The notes beneath the pieces are model-generated. The model did not search any database. It was given only the letters and a program-made list of their open reading frames with translations, and had not been told where the DNA came from. From the NCBI RefSeq assembly GCF_001447785.1, contig NW_015166485.1:59087-123086 (forward strand): a stretch of DNA of 64,000 nt, written 5' to 3'. Positions 1 through 12,336 of this stretch are shown one piece after another. Position numbers and translations under genes: made by a program. Position 1 is the first letter of the stretch; each line of letters begins with the position of its first letter. This stretch comes from Gekko japonicus (Eukaryota).

Positions 1-543
1 CCCCCCCTACTTCCCTATAGGTTATTTACAGTGGCTGAGAGTCCCATAGGCTCTCGGCCGGGAACCTAGCCCCCTGATTGGAGCGGGCTAGGATCCGCAT
101 AGTTCATTGTCTCTTGGAGCGAAGCTCGACGTTTGTCTCTGGACTTGTCTGGACTGGATACATTGCAAATAGGATGCGCTCAGAAACCAAGGTAAAATAT
201 GGGTGCAGAAAGGGCCTCGGATTCTGCAGTATGAGAAATTTTAAAATCCATTTCAGCAACTGACATTGTGTAGCGTTCCTGCTTAATCCTGCCCTTAATC
301 TAGGATTTCCAACATCCAGATGTGGCCTGGAGCTATTCCAGAGTGACAACTGGTCTCCAGACTACAACTCCCCTGAAGGAAATGCAGGATTTCTGGCCAC
401 CTGGTGGGAGCGAGGAATTCCCCCAGCTCCTGCTCCCCACTGCTCCAAGTGTCACATCCTTGGCTGAGCTCCCTCCCCGCCTGAGCACTGGCTACAAGTC
501 TCCAGGAACATCCCAAGCTGAAGTTGGCAACCCAACTGTAGTC

Positions 544-1083
544 TAGGGTTGCCAACCTCCATGTACGGCCTGGAGATCTCCCAAAATTAAACTGCTATCT
601 AGACTACAGAGATCAATTCCTAGGGTTGCCAGGCCACAACCAACAACCCCTGAGGGAAATTGGGAGGGAGGGCCTGGCAAGCTGGTGTCATACTGGCATA
701 TTAACATAACTTCCTGTAAAAACCAGAAGTGACATCATTAGAAAACGCTAGAATTTGCACACTTTGTAGAATTCATAAACTCTACACCGCCTACTAGTGG
801 TTTTTACTGGAAGTGAAGTCAGTGCAAGCGGAGAACACACCATTTCTTCCTGCTGGCACCCCAGGCACCAGAAGGCAAAGCACAGGGATACCAGCCAGGA
901 GGCCTCCGGCTATACTAGGAGGCGTGCTATCCCTATCGGTTCCTCCGGAGAGAATGCCTGCTTTGGGTGGTGTACTCTATGGCACTGTTACCTGCTGAGG
1001 TCCCTCCCTTCCCCAAACCCCACGTACTCTGGGCTCCACCCCCAGGTCTCCAGAGATTTCTCAACCCAGAGTTGGCAACCCTG
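544..1083. mobile_element. Cluster of non-autonomous hAT-type (Blackjack-like) MITE pieces
   Basis: Repeated TAGGGTTGCCA starts (544, 621) and a TTGGCAACCCTG end (~1083); same family as 5347-5804; boundaries approximate. Confidence 0.5.
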
Positions 1084-1221
1084 CCCAGAGTTCCAAGTAC
1101 TAGCCTTACCCACCCACCACCATGAATAGGGATGGTATCCTGGAAGCTTTGTCTATGACCCAGAGGTTGCAATCCTACGAACACTTTCCTGGGAGTAAGC
1201 ACCACTGAATAAAATGGAACT

Positions 1222-2165
1222 TGGAAGAAGAAGAGAAGAGGTTGGATTTATACCCCGCCCTTCACTCAGAGTCAAGGGCGTAGACTTTCCAGTTTCCCGG
1301 GGAGGGGGGCTGGGGCTGGCCTCCTGGCCAATAGCAGCCCACGAAGCATGGCAGTCTCAGACGGGGGTGGGTGGGGAGAGTCCTCTTGGTGCAGCTGCCC
1401 CTCCAGTCCTGGAGATGCCCGGCGCGGCCCCCTCCCAGGTTAGGCCTGCCTGCAGCCTCCCCCCCTTCCAGGTCTGCCAGATGGACTCAGGCATCCCTGC
1501 CTGGATGGATGGAGGGCCGCCAGGCCTGGAAACTGACCAGTCGCGCCTGCCCGCCCGCCCTCCTTCCCCGCAGCAGCCCAGCACCGGGAAGGGGGAGCGT
1601 GGCCATGCGTGGGTTTGGGACACGCACAGTTGGCGGCCAGCACTGTGCCTCGGGTAGGATGGTGGGAGCCGCCTTGCCACTGCTGAGGGTGAAGTGGCTT
1701 CTGGGCAGGGAGGGGTGGAGGACGGACGGACCCACGAGATTTGGCTCCGCGCCTCTGCCCTGTGCCCCAAGGCTGGCAAGGCCCAAGCGTCCCTGTGCTC
1801 CCCGCCCTGCCCGCTGCAGGTCCACGAGGTGAGGAGAGCACCCCCCCACTGGGCACCGTGCACAGAGGGTCTCCACACGCTCCCCACTGTTTGTGCCGCA
1901 AGACGCTAACAAGAGCCCCCCGGAGGCAAATCAGGCGCCCGGGAAGCCGCCCCACTGTTTGTGCCACTGCCTCGTCTGCTAAGCTTTGCCACATGGAGCT
2001 GAATGGGGCTGCGGACATCAGTCCTCCCAAAACTTTCAGGGAATGCTTGCGCCCCCCAGCCTCCCCCATAGATTACGCCCATGCTCAGAGTCTCAGAGCA
2101 TCTTACAAACTCCTGTCCCCTCCCCTCCCCTCAACAGAGACCCTGTGAGGTAGGTGGGGCTGACT
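1222..2165 (-). mobile_element. Squamate tRNA-derived SINE (Squam3-like) 3' part, interrupted by a hAT element
   Basis: (GAA)n-GTTGGATTTATACCCCGCCC...CTCAGAG...CCCTGTGAGGTAGGTGGGGCTGA, matching the copies at ~63080 and ~63545. Confidence 0.6.
1273..2083. mobile_element. GC-rich non-autonomous hAT element (811 bp)
   Basis: Exact 8-bp TSD CTCAGAGT (1265-1272, 2084-2091); imperfect TIRs CAAGGGCGTAGACT / AGATTACGCCCATG. Confidence 0.85.
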
Positions 2166-2982
2166 GATTTTTATCTTTTGTGTATTTAGGTTTTTTATCT
2201 ATTTTGTGTATTTAGACTTGTATTGTGAGCCATATTATATAGCCATATTATATGAAAAGTGGGATCAAAATGCTACAAAGGATTTGTTGGTCTTAAAGGT
2301 GCCACTGGACTCTAAATTTGTTATAAAGGATTTAAGGAAGGCTACTGTCAGCTCAGTCCTGATAAAAACATGACTCTGTCTGACACCAGGAACTGGCATG
2401 AATATATTTTGATCAAATAGCCAGGGTTTTCTCTACACAGAACATGGTCAAACCTTTTTACGGAATTTGGAATTATATAGTACAATCCAGGGTCCTGTTA
2501 ATGGTATACATTGTTCCCCTATCTAATTCAGAGTAGAAAGTTAGGACAGTTGTATTAAAGAATCCCCCCCCCATAATGGAGTGCCACTGATTCCTTTCTA
2601 CTTCATTCTGATTAGACTTACTTGGCTCCAAGTTGTTGGATAACCATGCTCCTTATTTTACATTATTCAGTATGACAGAGCATTTTAAAGTCCCATAGGT
2701 ATGAATGAGAGAAAGTATCTTTTTCTCTGGAATCAGTTGGACTTAAAAGTACTTTAACAAGGGTTGGACTGTACCCTTTACTATCAGTTTAATGTATTTT
2801 CCAGTCTACAGAGTGCTCTTACAGCAATCACAGAAGCTAGGTTACGTTGTATTGTTCAGGATTACTCAGTGACCTTCAGATGGGCTAACGGGCATTTTGA
2901 GTTGGGATCTCTCACATATGACATACCGACCTAACATATTACCCAGACTGCTGCTAATGTTTCTCTTCTCTGTTGCCTACAG

Positions 2983-3117
2983 TGTGGGTTTTTCAAGCGT
3001 AATTATAAAGAGAAGATGGACCATGAAGGTGAAACTGAGGCTGCGTTCCAAGCAGAAGGCAGCCTGGAGGATGATGAAGAAAAAGTCCCACAGAACGGAG
3101 AAGCAGAGAGCAAATAA
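2983..3117 (+). CDS. ITGAL: Terminal coding exon of integrin alpha-L-like subunit (cytoplasmic tail CGFFKRNYKEKMDHEG...AESK*)
   Basis: Polypyrimidine tract plus AG at 2981-2982; integrin alpha GFFKR motif followed by N-x-KEKM as in ITGAL; TAA at 3115-3117; neighbouring ZNF cluster and PRR14 match human ITGAL synteny. This frame is not in the ORF track. Confidence 0.85.
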   Translation, partial: CGFFKRNYKEKMDHEGETEAAFQAEGSLEDDEEKVPQNGEAESK

Positions 3118-4449
3118 CCAGGGGTTGCTTCTACATTAGCCGTTTGGTCTGGAATGGACAATGGTTTGATCAAAGAATCCAGATGGCAGTGCTGGCAAAC
3201 TGTTGCTGCCCCACATTTCCTGACTTTTTAAAAAATGTGACCTGTCGTGTTGGGTTTTTTTGGGTTTTTTTACATACTTCAATTTAACTGCAATGCCAGT
3301 TTGTCTACGGTGGACAGTGAAAACACCACTGAAAATCTTCAGGGCCCTTTAAATTCTGTTCCTTCCCTTCTGCTTCTGCCTTAATTCCTGTCCTTTCACT
3401 CATGACCAGGAAATCTGAGCTGTGGGTTAATGATTCTTGTGAGGTGGGCATGTGTGAATCATTGCTTTTCTCTTTGCAGTTAAAGCCATTGTTTTTTTAA
3501 ATATATATATATATGGTTGTAATCGTACTACAGTAAGAAATAAGAGTGCAGTGTCTTTGACTGCAAAGACCCCCCTTCCTCCCAAATAATGGATAATAAT
3601 AAGAATAATACTTTCGATTTATTAATCGCTCTTTCCCACACACCTGCGGGCTCAGAGCAATTTTACAGTTACTCTTTTGACAGTTGGACTAACAATGTTT
3701 GTGGGGATAGGGAAGACAACATACAGCATTTTAATTACACACACATTACAGCTAGCCGGGGCTTCATCTGCGGGCTGGATCAGTCGTGTTCCGACGGCAT
3801 ATATTCTTGTTGGCTGGCTGATGGTGTCAGGACTTCTTGATGTTGTGCTGCCACACTGCCACCGCCTGGCCGACTCGCTCCACTGCAGGGCAGCCGAAAC
3901 AGCTCTTTCATCTTTCCAATCTCGCCGCGCCTCAGAAGTCACACTCGGCAGCTAACACCTTCCCAAGGGGAGTGGTGTGCCCACCCCCTTACGGGTGGTC
4001 CCCAATTTATCTACTCGCCGAAGCTTTCGAATCGCTGGGTAGACGATGAGCTAGGACAAGGCTTGGTTGCTCACACCACGGGGCTAGAATTGCCAAAGCT
4101 TGGCAGTTCAGATGTTATCGTTAAGCAGGGGGGAAAATCCCCTGTGCCACCGCTCCCTGGTTCAGGAATGCTGCAGCTGAACTGGAAGTAATTAATTAGG
4201 TGTAAAAACAAAGTAATTAGTTTGGTGTAGAACAACAGAAAATTGGCGGAAGAAGTGGGAGTTTTGCTGATTGTGGCTTTTGAATAAAAACATGCCACGC
4301 TTGCACTTTCCTGGGGCCTGAGGGCACAGCCATGATTTTAGGCTTCTGCCTACTCACTGCCCATGTCCTGTTCCCACCAGGGCACACAGACTAACCTCAC
4401 TGGCTGTTTGTATAAATAAAGGTGTTGTCTCATAACTCTCCCCTAATCT

Positions 4450-4620
4450 GATCGCCCAGACTAGCCCAGTCCCGTCAGATCTTGGAAGCTAAGTAGGGTT
4501 GGCCTTGGCTAGTATTTGGATAGGCGACTTCCAAGGAATACCAGGGTCTTGATGCAGATGCACGCAATGGCAAATTACCTCTGAAAGGTCTCTTGCCTAA
4601 AAAACCAAAAGTCTAGCTTG
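4450..4620 (+). mobile_element. 5S rRNA-derived SINE
   Basis: GTCAGATCTTGGAAGCTAAG..GGGTTGGCC..GCTAGTATTTGGAT resembles the 5S internal control region; related copies at ~8150-8356 (-), ~25325-25505 (+), ~41147-41350 (+). Confidence 0.65.
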
Positions 4621-5346
4621 CCATCTAGTGGTGCATAATGCTAAAGAGCTAGAACTTTTGGCTGCCAGACAATCTTAGGATCTCCTGGCTATACCACACA
4701 ATGCCACATGGTAATTAATTAATTCACCCCCAGGGGTCATTCCTGGTCTCCTGGCACTGGATAGATACTCTGTCCAGTGTACAGAGCACCCCACAATCCT
4801 CCTGCCTTCCTTCCATCTGTGGCAGTGGAAGGAATATCAAAGGCTTTGCCTCACGTTTGTCCTAGCCAGGGAGTCTGTTTGGCTTTTGGGTTGTTACCCA
4901 GCTGCCCCTGGAGTCACTCGGCTCCTCCTTTTTCAACAGGCCTCTGTCTGGCCTGGCTTTGGACGTGACACCACTTTTGGTGCCAGCCAGTGCCAGGAGC
5001 TGCTCCAGTAGCCCTGGAAAAAGTCCTGCAGGGGATGTTCCTTAATACAATAGGGTTTTTTATCGAGAGCATAGAGTGCTGTAAAATGTGATCTTTCAGC
5101 TGATTGTAGAAGAGGAACGGCTGAACCATGCAAAAGTGTCCTGGCGTGGAAGCAGCCCCTAACAGTTTCCCTCCCCCAGACCACAGTCAAGATACGTGAC
5201 CTAAATATTGGCAGGAGGACTTCTCCAGCATGGCAAGTGAGGACTTTTACTCAGTTCTCTTATACATACTCCTTGTTGCAGAAAACAGGATTGTCCATGC
5301 ATTTATTTCTAGAGTTACCTCTGCTCTCCTGGAGCAGTCCCTCTTT

Positions 5347-5804
5347 TAGGGTTGCCAGGTCCCCTCTGGCCATCAGAGGGGGGTGGGGGGTAGGGTTGTC
5401 AGGTCCAGCTTGGGGAACTCCTGGCGATTTAGGGATGGAACCCAGGGAGGACAGGGACCTCAGTGGGGTACATTGCTATAGACTCCACCAATGTTCCCTT
5501 CTAAGCTGTGGAGTCCTGTGAGCAAAAATTCTCCTTTGTGAGCTACTGGCATTAAAGTTGCGAGCGAGCCATTTGGCTGCTGCATAAATGAGTCTGCTCT
5601 GGAGCCCTCCTTCCTGAGTGGAGACAAAAATGTGTGAGCCGCAGGCTAAAGAACTGTGAGCTGGCTCACACCAACTCAGCTTAAAGGGAACACTGGACTC
5701 CACCCTCCAAAGCATCCATTTTCTCCAAGAGAACCCCCTGTAGTCTAGAGATGAGCTGTAATTCTGGGAGATACCCAGGTCCCACCTGGAGGATGGCATC
5801 CCTA
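5347..5804. mobile_element. hAT-type MITE carrying a nested second MITE
   Basis: TIRs TAGGGTTGCCA / TGGCATCCCTA; related copy at ~32271-32723. Confidence 0.75.
5489..5695. mobile_element. hAT MITE nested in 5347-5804
   Basis: Exact 8-bp TSD GACTCCAC (5481-5488, 5696-5703); TIRs CAATGTTCCCTT / AAGGGAACACTG; same family as 17865-18066. Confidence 0.85.
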
Positions 5805-6309
5805 ACCCGTTTACTGAATCATTTGAATCAGAAGATGCCACAGGCACCATGTGAGAAGGAGGGGGGTGGGAACAGGAGTGGAAAGTGGTGGCCTAATGCA
5901 TTTGTGTGCCTCTGCTGCCTCCTGGAGGAAATGACAGGCACTGCTCTGTACATACAGATTATAACAGTGGTACTCGCTCCACAGCTTGTGGAGAGCCCCA
6001 TCTGCAATTATGACCAACCCAAAGGGCCACATCGCTATGTACCACCCCACCAAACATCCACGTACAATAGTGTAAGATAACAGCTATTAATAATTAAACA
6101 TATAACCTTTTAAATTGCCAAACTACTACTGAGCATGTATAGTAGTCTCTCTTCACTGTTGAGCCTTAGTTCGGTAAACAGGACTCAGCCTGAAAGGGAT
6201 CTGTGCCGTTCAGCCTCTTGCCTAAAAGTAGATAAATTTTGCAATTCAAATTTGATCAGTTTGGAACAGTACATTTACATTTACCTGTTCTAAAATATTT
6301 CCTTGAAAT

Positions 6310-6702
6310 CAGGGCTTTTGTAGAAAAATCCCAGCAGGAACCCATTAGCACAATAGACCACACCTAACAGCAGAAACTCATTAGCATATTAGGCCACACC
6401 CCTGACAACACAGCTCATTAGCATACTAGGCCGTACCCCCATGTTACCAGAAGTGTGGCCATCCAGCCACACCCACCTTTTGCTTCTTATTCTGTTTATC
6501 TTGTTTATTGTCAAAACCCAGGGCCTTTTTTGTAGCAGGAACTCCTTTGCATGTTAGGCCACTCACCCCGAATGTAGCCAATCCTAATGAGTTTCTGCTG
6601 TTGGACATGGCCTATTATGCTAATGAGTTCCTGCTGGGTGTGGCCAACTCTGGAGCCAGCCGGAACTCCGTTCCTGTGCGTTCCTGCCCAAAAATAGCCC
6701 TG
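6310..6702. mobile_element. hAT MITE with internal short repeats
   Basis: Exact 8-bp TSD CTTGAAAT (6302-6309, 6703-6710); TIRs CAGGGCTTTT / AATAGCCCTG; internal GGAACTC and CATTAGCA..AGGCCACACC repeats. Confidence 0.85.
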
Positions 6703-8957
6703 CTTGAAATATGTGTTAGGAATTGTTTTAACCTTCTGCAATGTCCCCCTAAAATGTTTTTTTTAAACTTGAACAGCATAATCAAATTATGTTTTGTGCC
6801 TGCCAGAACATAATTTCCCCCCCTAAGGTCCCAAGAGTAAGAGACAGTGTGGAAAGATGAAATGTAGCTAATTTAGTAGCTAAGTTCATACAAAGGGGGC
6901 CAGCTGCAGACTCCATAGCACAATTAGACAGGCTGCTTCAGTTATAATGAGTCGAAATTATTTGGGCAGGCAGGAGCCTCAGCCTTTGACTTAGTTCTGT
7001 GATTTTCTGCTTCCAGGCCAGTGAATTTTGATTGGCTGTCTGAGTTTAAACTGACATTTGTAAGTGTACAGTAATTCTGCTCGCAAAAACGGACATACTG
7101 TGCCCGGAGTCCCCAGATAACATCCATAAACACATTCTGAAATACTGTTAAGTCTGGTCCAGATAGTGAAGAACTGAGGGCACGAGTGGAATCAAAAAGA
7201 GCATTTATTAGTTCATAAGAGGGAGACATGGATAAAAGCAGAGAATCCAGAGTGTTACAAAAATAACTACACTTGGGGGTAGGTCCGGAGCATGCAAGGG
7301 AGTTTAAAAAGCAGTTCTAGGTAAATACTGGAATTTTACATATTGCCCCAGATTCCTCTGGGCTCCTAAATAATAAAACAGTAACTGTGAAAATAAAACA
7401 GTGCTATTTTATTTTATTTTTTGCTCAGAAAGCACCTTTGAGCCACTGATTTCAGCGCTTTCGGCCTGAGGCAGAGCATCCTTCCTATCCAATCAAGTCT
7501 GGGAACGAAGCAAAACTTGCTCACAGAGGAGGGGAAAGGCCACCCACCTCTTTACAAAAAAGGCACCTGCCTCAGAGGGGGACCCCGTGGTCTGTCTCCA
7601 GCAGGACACGGGGTGCATCCCCACAGAGGCTTTCCTCTGCCCCGACTCCCAAACTGCAGCGGGGATTCTATGTTTTTGTTTTTTGAGAGCAACCACGCAA
7701 CCTCCTATTCCATATCCTACTGTCACTGTCCCCTCTCCAGGCTGTCGTCTGCATGTTTTTACTCAAACCTGGACTGGCATGTTCTTTCTAGAAAGAGCAC
7801 GGTCCAAGCACATTCGCAAGCCACCTAGATGGGGACGTGTGCCTTTTTGACAGTCCTATGCACTCCAACACCATTTTCCTTCCGTCAGCCTCTGGGGACT
7901 GCCATTTCCCCCAGCGTGACGACAGGCGGTAAAAAGAGAAAGGAACCAGTAATTGCTATTACACCATTGCACAATAGTGTTATAACACTGTTACAGCCCA
8001 CTGCCACAGTTTACTAGTTCCCCTGAATCCCCAGCTTTCAAAAAGTAAGTCTTTAGTAGAGCATGGCAAAAGATCGTTATATGCTAATGCACTACAGTTC
8101 AATAGCAAGGAACAATTTTTAAAAACCTTCTAAAAGCCTTCCCGTCGCGTCCGTGTGTGTAAAGTGCCATCACGTCACAGCCGACTTACGGCGACCCCGT
8201 AGGGTTATCAAGGCAAGAGACATTCAGAGAGTGGTTTGCTGTTGCCTTCCCTCTGCATAGCAACCCTGGATTTCATTGGTGGCCTCCCATCAAAATCATA
8301 ACCAGGGTGACCCTGCTTAGCCTCTGAGAGCTGACGAGATCAGGCTAGCCTGGGAAATCCAGTTTGCAAAACGGGGGGTGGGGTGGGAGGGGATGGAGAA
8401 AAACCAGCAGCTCACTACAGAAAGTACACAAAACGCTCCCATGTGGATGCTCCATTGCCAATGCAAATACATCTGCATGTCGGGGCAGCAATACAAAGGA
8501 AACATAGTCCTTCCTGTGTGGATGCAGCCATGTTTTGTGTTGAGGAATGTGGCACACCACGTACGTACTGAAAGGTAAAATTTAAAAACAGCCTGTATAA
8601 AGTCAGCCGATCTGGAATTCATTTGATCAGCAAAATGGCACAAGACTTGCGACAAGACAGGGAGTTGGATCATCCTAAAGCTCGACCATGAGGCAGCCAT
8701 TTGATGCCACCCAGCACAGGCATGCGGGTACGGGGGCGAGGAGCCTTTTTCAAGTGGAAGGCAAACCCCACACACACAAAAGCTCCCACAAATACAAGTA
8801 TGGCCGTGTGGACTGCAGAACCTCCAAGACCACTTTGTGTCACCGGACCTTTGATATTTCTGCCCACTTCCAAGTCGATGACTTTCTGGTTTTTGGGGAC
8901 CATACGTGCTTCCTAGGTGACCCATTCGTGTACTCTTGTCCACTAAAACCCCACCGA

Positions 8958-11000
8958 TTATTCCACAATCTCTTCCTCCTCCTCCTCACCCGGGCAGCCC
9001 TGACTCCAGCTCTCCCCTCCCAAGCTGTCCTCTTCATCTCCCTGCCAACGATGTCTCTCGCCATCCTCCCCACTGTCCTGCCACTCTCGCTCCACGCTTG
9101 CCGCCTGCCGCCTGCTGTTCTCCTCTGCGGCGCACGCACCCCACTCTTCCCTTGTTCCCTGGCCTGCGTCACCCTGCCACTCGCGCGCCGCGCTCTCCTC
9201 CCGACACAATTGCCTGGAGTTCTGACCACCCCCGTCCCGCAAACCCTCCTCCATGCTATCGTCGTCGTCGTCCTGACATTCCAGCCTCACACCCTCGGGA
9301 CCCTCCTCCTGCAGACCCTCCTCTGCTTTCTCGTCATCGTCCTCCTGACACTCCAGCCTCATGCTGCTGGTGCCATCGTCCTGCGAGCTCCGCTCCACAC
9401 TCTCGTCCCCCCGCCACTGTGCCCTCATGGCCTGACCCACCGTGCACTCCCAACCGTGCCCCTCGCTCTCCCCGCCGCCATCCAGCAATCGCTTCTCTAC
9501 GCTTTCGTCGGCATCTTCGTGCCAATCGGGCCTCTCGGCCTCATCCCCCTCGTCCTCCCATTCCTGCCTCGGGCTCTCTTCCTCCCGCCACTCCCGCTCC
9601 ATGAGCCTTATGCCGTTGCCTTGCCACATGCCATCCTCGCCTCCTTCCACTCCCTGCTCCCCGACACCTTCCATCCCTCCGGCTTCCCACCCCTCCACCA
9701 AAGCCAGTGCCTCGCCTCTCCTCACGTGGGCCCGCCTGTGCTGAGAAAGTGCTGACTTCTGGCCAAAGCCCCTCCCACAGTAAGGGCAACGGAAGGGCTT
9801 TTCACCGGTGTGGGTGGCTTGGTGCTGGAGGAGAGCAGAGCTGCGCACAAAGCCTTTCCCGCAGTCGGCGCAGGAGTAGGGTTTTTGGCCGGCATGGATG
9901 CGCTGGTGTATGTGATAGGTGGAGCTGACGCTGAAGCTCTTCCCACACTGACTGCAGCAGTAGGGCCGCTCGCCCGTGTGCGTGCGCTGGTGTTGCAAGA
10001 GTGCCGAGCTTACGCCAAACCCTTTCCCGCACTCGTCGCACTTGAAGGGTTTCTGGCCTCTGTGCACTCGCTGGTGCTGCTGGAGGTTGGAGCTCTGGTT
10101 GAACCCCTTCCCGCAGTCCGGGCAGCGGAAGGGCCGCTCGCTCATGTGGATCCTCTGGTGGCGGATCAGGTGGGAACTCTCGGCAAAGTGCTTCCCACAC
10201 TCGGGGCAGCCGAAGGGCCGCTCGCCGGTGTGGGCGCGGAGGTGGCGGACCAGGTCGGCCCGGAGGCGGAACGTCTTGGTACATTCCCCGCAGGAAAATG
10301 GCCGTTCTCCGGAGTGGAAGCGCTTGTGCTGGGTGACCTTGGAGCTCTGCGAGAAGCATTTCCCACAGATGGAGCAGACGTAGGGCTTCTCGCCCGTGTG
10401 GATCCGCTTGTGCTGGATGAGATCGGAGCTGTGGCTGAAGCTCCGCCCACATTCAGGACAGGTGAAAGGGCGCTCACCTGTGTGTGTCCGCTGGTGGATG
10501 ATGAGGTTGGAACTCTGCGAGAAGCCCTTGCCGCAGTGAGTACAGCGGTACGGCTTCTCTCCCGTGTGGGAGCGCATATGCTGGACCAGGTGGGAGTCCT
10601 GGCGGTAGCTCTTGTCACAGTGGGGGCATTTATAAGGCTTCTCGCCTGTGTGGACACGACGGTGCCGAACCAGGTGAGAACTGTTGCTAAAGCTTTTTCC
10701 ACAGTCAGGACAAATGGTGGCTTTGGGTATCTTGTCACTGTCAGAAAGGTTGTCAATAGCGTCTTGCTCCACAATGACTACAGATTCACCATTACTGGCC
10801 TCATATTGAGTGATTTCTACTGGATGACCTTCTGCAGTGATTTCCTTCTCTGGAGAGTGTTCTGCCTGCATCTCAGCTCTTCTGTGAATCTCCACATCTT
10901 CTTTCCATAATGGTCCCACCCCTTCGTCATTATTATTATCCTTCACTTCGAACAACTCTGTGGAAACAGCCATATCACAGATTTTATCTCTCTGCTGCAA
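8958..11000 (-). CDS. ZNF-A main exon: 12 C2H2 fingers plus ~255-aa acidic Trp-rich C-terminal tail
   Basis: 12 CxxC-x12-HxxxH motifs with TGEKP/TGERP-type linkers in an uninterrupted 680-codon ORF; first in-frame ATG at 10973; exact splice acceptor not resolved. Confidence 0.92.
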   Translation of the reverse strand: MQQRDKICDMAVSTELFEVKDNNNDEGVGPLWKEDVEIHRRAEMQAEHSPEKEITAEGHPVEITQYEASNGESVVIVEQDAIDNLSDSDKIPKATICPDCGKSFSNSSHLVRHRRVHTGEKPYKCPHCDKSYRQDSHLVQHMRSHTGEKPYRCTHCGKGFSQSSNLIIHQRTHTGERPFTCPECGRSFSHSSDLIQHKRIHTGEKPYVCSICGKCFSQSSKVTQHKRFHSGERPFSCGECTKTFRLRADLVRHLRAHTGERPFGCPECGKHFAESSHLIRHQRIHMSERPFRCPDCGKGFNQSSNLQQHQRVHRGQKPFKCDECGKGFGVSSALLQHQRTHTGERPYCCSQCGKSFSVSSTYHIHQRIHAGQKPYSCADCGKGFVRSSALLQHQATHTGEKPFRCPYCGRGFGQKSALSQHRRAHVRRGEALALVEGWEAGGMEGVGEQGVEGGEDGMWQGNGIRLMEREWREEESPRQEWEDEGDEAERPDWHEDADESVEKRLLDGGGESEGHGWECTVGQAMRAQWRGDESVERSSQDDGTSSMRLECQEDDDEKAEEGLQEEGPEGVRLECQDDDDDSMEEGLRDGGGQNSRQLCREESAAREWQGDAGQGTREEWGACAAEENSRRQAASVEREWQDSGEDGERHRWQGDEEDSLGGESWSQGCPGEEEEEEIVE

Positions 11001-12027
11001 ACTAAATTCATACCTTTAGATCATACATGGAATACCGGGAAAGCAGTCTATATTAAAAACAACAAAAATATGAATACATTCAGAAGGAAATGAACCCTGA
11101 ACCAGATCCACCTCTACTTCAAACATTGCAAGATAAAGCTGATCGTAAAGGCAAATATTGTTACCAGAAGAAAACTGACTGCTATTATTTTTCCAAGCTA
11201 AACTCTATTTATTTATCATTACTAGGAAATTACACAAATGTGAATAAGAAGAACATTACAAGAGAATGGCAATCTATTCTCTTCTGGTGTTTTTATTAAA
11301 ACACTGACTCCCAGTGTCAGTACCAAGATATTACTATTTCCTCTACATCTAGAAATTTTTCTGCAAGATTTGAAAGGAATGAGAATTCAGCTTTCAAAGA
11401 ATATCATAAGTAGTCACCTGGGTGCAGAACTTAGCTTTCTTCAATTATTCAACTTTTTAATCCAGTAGGAATAATGATTTATTATATCTTGACTGAACAT
11501 CTACTTCATTTTAGTTTTGTTCTCAATCAACAATACATCTACAATTTGTTGTGGGAGAAAAAGACAGAATGCAAGACTCTCTTTCACCAGGAAAACAACA
11601 AAAGAGATCTATGTAGTCAATAAGTAATCTTTCTCTACAAATTGAGAGGAGGTTGATGAAATATTTGAGATTGCCACAAAAAGACTAGATTAATCTAAAA
11701 ACTGACTTTGGCTGTGGATAAATGAAAATTTGGGAGGGGGCTAGGTTCTGAACAGGGAGATGAGTTGGGAATCTGTCCTACATTCTCTCCTTTTTGAATA
11801 TCTAAAGACAGACAGAGAAAAATACTGGATTTCCTGAGGCCAGCTAAATGGCGTGTGACAGTGATGAGACTTGAAACAGATTTCTTGGTTCATAGCTGTT
11901 GGTTTGTTACTCATATCCTATGCAGAGTTAGTCAGTCGATGCTCACTAAAATCAAAGATCTTATAGAGCAACTCGGCACTGGATTGCAATTAGTCTATAT
12001 GTCATGCTGTTTCCCCGCATTCCTCAC

Positions 12028-12094
12028 CTGTTACAGTCTCTCCTTCGCTGGAGTCCTGGAGATCCAAGACACATTTTTCTTTCCCACTTTCCAT
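12028..12094 (-). CDS. Candidate upstream exon of ZNF-A, degenerate KRAB-B-like (MESGKEKCVLDLQDSSEGETVT)
   Basis: Strong donor CAG|GTGAGG at 12028/12027; peptide resembles the KRAB-B pattern LExGEEPWVxDLQ; an in-frame join to the main exon needs a weak acceptor. Confidence 0.4.
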
Positions 12095-12336
12095 ATGGGA
12101 GGTCACAGCCCTGTTGTGTTAGCACCAGGGACTCCTGACTGTGAAGGGGAAAACAGATTCACATATGATGAAAGCATATAGATCTTTTTCATTTGAACAT
12201 TTGTAACATATCAGAAGGATAACTCTATGCCAGTAGCCTCCACAGACCTACAAGAAAGAACTTCTGATATGGTACCCACAGTCCAGAAGTCCACAAACCA
12301 TCTTCACCTGCTACATCAAGTCTTAAACATCACCTT

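Noticed and set aside
1214-2148. Overlapping 130-210 aa ORFs
   Set aside because: They lie within a GC-rich non-autonomous hAT element and show no transposase or other domain motifs
8688-10910. Long + strand ORFs (355 aa, 366 aa) and similar ones at 21436-22215 and 52573-53415
   Set aside because: Antisense shadows of real minus-strand coding sequence; zinc-finger and GC-rich codon patterns leave the reverse frame stop-poor
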